Sequence record: SRR22947725_2486 | Strand: one strand, 5' to 3' | Length of the DNA: 64,000 nt | Part shown: positions 61,239-64,000 of the stretch, piece by piece | Layout: the number at the start of each line of letters is the position of its first letter | Numbering within the stretch: the stretch's first letter is position 1 | Program-made: the position numbers and the translations under genes | The notes under the pieces: model-generated | Told to the model about the DNA's origin: nothing | The model's input: only the letters and a program-made list of their open reading frames with translations | Databases searched by the model: none

Positions 61239-63269
61239 TTAATTGTGGTTTCGAGGAAAGTCTTGAGACCAAGTTTCACTATGTACAAGCTCCTCACCCT
61301 GTCGCGCCTCCAAACTAGCTTCGACATGAAAATGAGTTGAGGTAGAGGTGATGATTGTTCGAGTTTTAGATGAAACTTCCCAAGCGTCACGTTCAAAAAG
61401 TTCACACCAGGTTATGTCTAGTTTGGCTGATAATGGGTCATCAGGGTGAATAGACATGTACTCATCATGTGTAGATGAAACAGTCCATCCCTTATGGAGA
61501 TTATATACAACTTTCCCTTCATCAAACCACTGATGCTGAGTTACTACTCCAGATAGCATATCTCTATTGATATCCCACTTATATTCCGAGGGTCTAAGTA
61601 CTGTTTTATCTAATGGCTGTGCACACTCTGGATCAGAAAAAGGTACTAATTGTGTATCACTTTCTCGAATAGGGCGAGTTGGTAAAATAATTTTACTAGC
61701 GTGCTTTGAAATGGTTATGGTGGCTCTCTCAGGTGACGGCCACGCGATTGGCCAATATATACTCGAGATTGCTACGCGAATTCGGTTGCCAACACCAAAA
61801 CTATGCCCAGCCTCATTTAATTGAACTTTAACAGAGTAGGTCTTCTTAGGCTCCAAAAGCTCAGGTGTTTCACTGCTGTTCCGATGCGTTAAATTTAGCA
61901 AACCGTAGCTTACTCTAGTCACACTCCCATCTGATAAAACCTCTGATAGGCACACTGCTATCATTGCAACTGATTTATCACTAGATAGGTCCAACATTAT
62001 CACGGGAGCACCCAGAATATCCAAAGGCTCTTTTAAAGTGTCAGTATCAAAAACTATCGAACCTGCCTCTTCAGGTCGCTGATCTCCAGGACCATCTGGA
62101 TCTAATCCATGTGGACACCACTGCCCTGCCATTAGACCAACGGTCATTGGCGAATTTATAGAAAAATCGTCAGCCTCTTTATGAACCACTGACGAGCTAA
62201 GGGATGGTTGTCCTGAACTAAATTTCAAAGTCAGATCTTTTGTGTTTGCTGACGGCCAGTTTGCTTCCGATACCCACTTACCAGGTCTTTCTTTATAATA
62301 TGTCTTTGGTGCTATAGGATCTTGTATCCAACACCTTAAAGGTTCTTCCTCCATAATCCCAGTATCTATATCTTTCAGCCAATAATCCCACCATCTCAGG
62401 CATTCCTGAAGAAAACCAATTGCGGGCCCGGGCTCTGCAAAATGTGGATATTTATGTGCCCAAGGACCTATTAAACCCTTACAGGGAGATTTCAAATTTG
62501 AAAGCAACCTAAAGACAGAGTTCGAATATCCATCCGCCCATCCACCCACGGCATATACAGCAGCTTGAATCTTATCGTAATCTTCACAAACAGAACCATG
62601 TTTATAAAACTCATCACGTGTTTGATGTTCCATCCAGTCTTTCAACCATAAACCACTTCCTTTCAAACGACCAACCCACAAATCATGCCACTTATTTCCA
62701 ACTATATTTGGATCTGGAGGAGTTGTATTGAGTGAGAACATATAGCTATTCCATGCAGCATTATCGTTTAACAAACATCCACCCATATGATGGATATCAT
62801 CTGCATACCGGTCATCAGTAGAACATATTGAAACTATGGCTTTCAAGGCTTCAGGTTGCCTCGCAGCAATTTGTAATCCGTTAAAACCACCCCATGATAT
62901 TCCAATCATTCCAACATTACCTGAGCACCATTTTTGTTGAGTAATCCAGTTAATTATTTCAATACCATCATCTTGCTCTTGCTTTAAATACTCACCTAAC
63001 AGAACCCCTTCTGAGTCTCCTGAACCACGCATGTCGACTCTGACTGAAGCATATCCATGCCCAGCGAAGTAGGGGTGAGTTGTTGCATCTCTATCAGCTG
63101 TTCCATCTTGTCTCCTATAGGGTAAATATTCAAGAATTGCTGGGACAGGCTTATCAGGCGCATCGGTGGGCAACCATATCCTAGCAGCCAATCGAACCCC
63201 ATCAGAAAGTTCAATAAAAATTGGATCTAAAACTTCAATTTTGTTTGGGAAATTTTCAATAATTTTCAT
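61239..63269 (-). CDS. CocE/NonD family (S15) serine hydrolase
   Basis: LEYLPYRRQD, GISWGG, GWAD and GPWAH motifs; AAGGA RBS. Confidence 0.92.
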   Translation of the reverse strand: MKIIENFPNKIEVLDPIFIELSDGVRLAARIWLPTDAPDKPVPAILEYLPYRRQDGTADRDATTHPYFAGHGYASVRVDMRGSGDSEGVLLGEYLKQEQDDGIEIINWITQQKWCSGNVGMIGISWGGFNGLQIAARQPEALKAIVSICSTDDRYADDIHHMGGCLLNDNAAWNSYMFSLNTTPPDPNIVGNKWHDLWVGRLKGSGLWLKDWMEHQTRDEFYKHGSVCEDYDKIQAAVYAVGGWADGYSNSVFRLLSNLKSPCKGLIGPWAHKYPHFAEPGPAIGFLQECLRWWDYWLKDIDTGIMEEEPLRCWIQDPIAPKTYYKERPGKWVSEANWPSANTKDLTLKFSSGQPSLSSSVVHKEADDFSINSPMTVGLMAGQWCPHGLDPDGPGDQRPEEAGSIVFDTDTLKEPLDILGAPVIMLDLSSDKSVAMIAVCLSEVLSDGSVTRVSYGLLNLTHRNSSETPELLEPKKTYSVKVQLNEAGHSFGVGNRIRVAISSIYWPIAWPSPERATITISKHASKIILPTRPIRESDTQLVPFSDPECAQPLDKTVLRPSEYKWDINRDMLSGVVTQHQWFDEGKVVYNLHKGWTVSSTHDEYMSIHPDDPLSAKLDITWCELFERDAWEVSSKTRTIITSTSTHFHVEASLEARQGEELVHSETWSQDFPRNHN

Positions 63270-63354
63270 TTCGTATTCCTTAAAGTTTGAATAGTTTTCT
63301 TTTTATAGGTGAGGAAGTAGATTACACATAAGAGATATCTCAAATTAATAAAAG

Positions 63355-63404
63355 ATATATTATATAAATTATATAAATTATATATAAAATATATATTTTT
63401 ATAT
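63355..63404. repeat. AT-only low-complexity tract with short tandem repeats in a divergent promoter region
   Basis: ATTATATA(A) three times, followed by the palindrome AAAATATATATTTT at 63386-63399. Confidence 0.5.
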
Positions 63405-63464
63405 TGACTTCTAGATCACAATGACCAAAATCTTATTATAATTTAATAAATTTGAGGGGATAAA

Positions 63465-64000
63465 ATGAATAAAATTTTACAAACACGACGTCAATTACTT
63501 CAGACAATAGCTTTTACAGGCATTGCTGGAGTTGCGCTCGGAAAGTTTCCGGGAATAGCATATGCAGCTGATGGGGCTACATTAAAAATCCAGTTTGAGC
63601 GCGAATTAGATAGCTTAGACCCAGGGTATTTTGTAGGAGGAAGTCCACCTTGTGACGTAAATTGGGCTCTAATGCCTGCACTAGTCCATTACGGTAGAGA
63701 TGGTGGATGGATACCAAGTCCTCACGTAGATAGTATAGTTGCTCGTGATGCAACACATATCGACTTCACTCTTCGAAAAGGTATGATGTGGACTAATGGC
63801 TTTGGCGAAGTAACCACTGAAGACGTTGCTTACAGCTATGATAGGGAAGCTGTGAGTGAATGGAAAGGTGACTATGTAGCATATGATCATGTCGAAATTA
63901 AAGATAAATACAGTGGAACAATAGTTCTCAATCAACCATTTGCTCCCTTCATGAACACCACACTTGCATCTGGAACTGGAATTATAATTTGTAAAAAAGC
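63465..64000 (+). CDS. ABC transporter substrate-binding protein, family 5 (Dpp/Opp-like), Tat signal; 3'-truncated and not in ORF track
   Basis: GAGGGG RBS; MNKILQTRRQLLQ...AYAA; LDSLDP, IDFTLRKG..WTNGFGEVTTEDVAYS and LNQPFAPF motifs. Confidence 0.9.
   Translation, partial: MNKILQTRRQLLQTIAFTGIAGVALGKFPGIAYAADGATLKIQFERELDSLDPGYFVGGSPPCDVNWALMPALVHYGRDGGWIPSPHVDSIVARDATHIDFTLRKGMMWTNGFGEVTTEDVAYSYDREAVSEWKGDYVAYDHVEIKDKYSGTIVLNQPFAPFMNTTLASGTGIIICKK

Noticed and set aside
14441-61272. Longest-ORF starts at 14441, 16238, 24036, 52141 and 61272
   Set aside because: The extensions overlap neighbours or lack homology; downstream ATGs at 14507, 16358, 23985, 52090 and 61197 fit RBS and domain starts better
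5771-63935. Many 60-170 aa ORFs nested in or antisense to large genes (e.g. 11552-11860, 21514-21891, 36154-36660, 51469-51825, 63681-63935)
   Set aside because: They overlap well-supported CDSs and show no motifs; treated as shadow ORFs

Overview
AT-rich (my estimate is about 35-40% GC), gene-dense bacterial DNA with about 55 CDSs. The protein styles (BetA, DddQ, non-pyrrolysine MttB, tandem Lin0512 genes) suggest a streamlined marine alphaproteobacterium, probably Rhodobacteraceae-like; this is inference. The window is almost entirely catabolic or scavenging enzymes. These include three GMC oxidoreductases (one betA), an itaconate/methylsuccinate-type acyl-CoA cluster, an 8-gene run of mostly C-N hydrolases (with a Tm-1-like protein and a doubly broken agmatinase-like pseudogene), methyl-transfer genes (MttB, GcvT-like, homocysteine methyltransferase), purine salvage (apt, ade), an iodotyrosine-deiodinase-like flavoprotein, an orphan hpaD, a dddQ-led organosulfur gene string, and tandem CocE/NonD hydrolases facing a Tat-exported ABC substrate-binding protein that runs off the right edge. 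A roughly 2 kb islet carries a solo Cas4/RecB-like nuclease and tiny membrane ORFans. Several small ORFs missing from the ORF track were found by hand. I saw no rRNA, tRNA, CRISPR array, transposase or recognisable transcription regulator. All calls come from motif recognition, with no database search.
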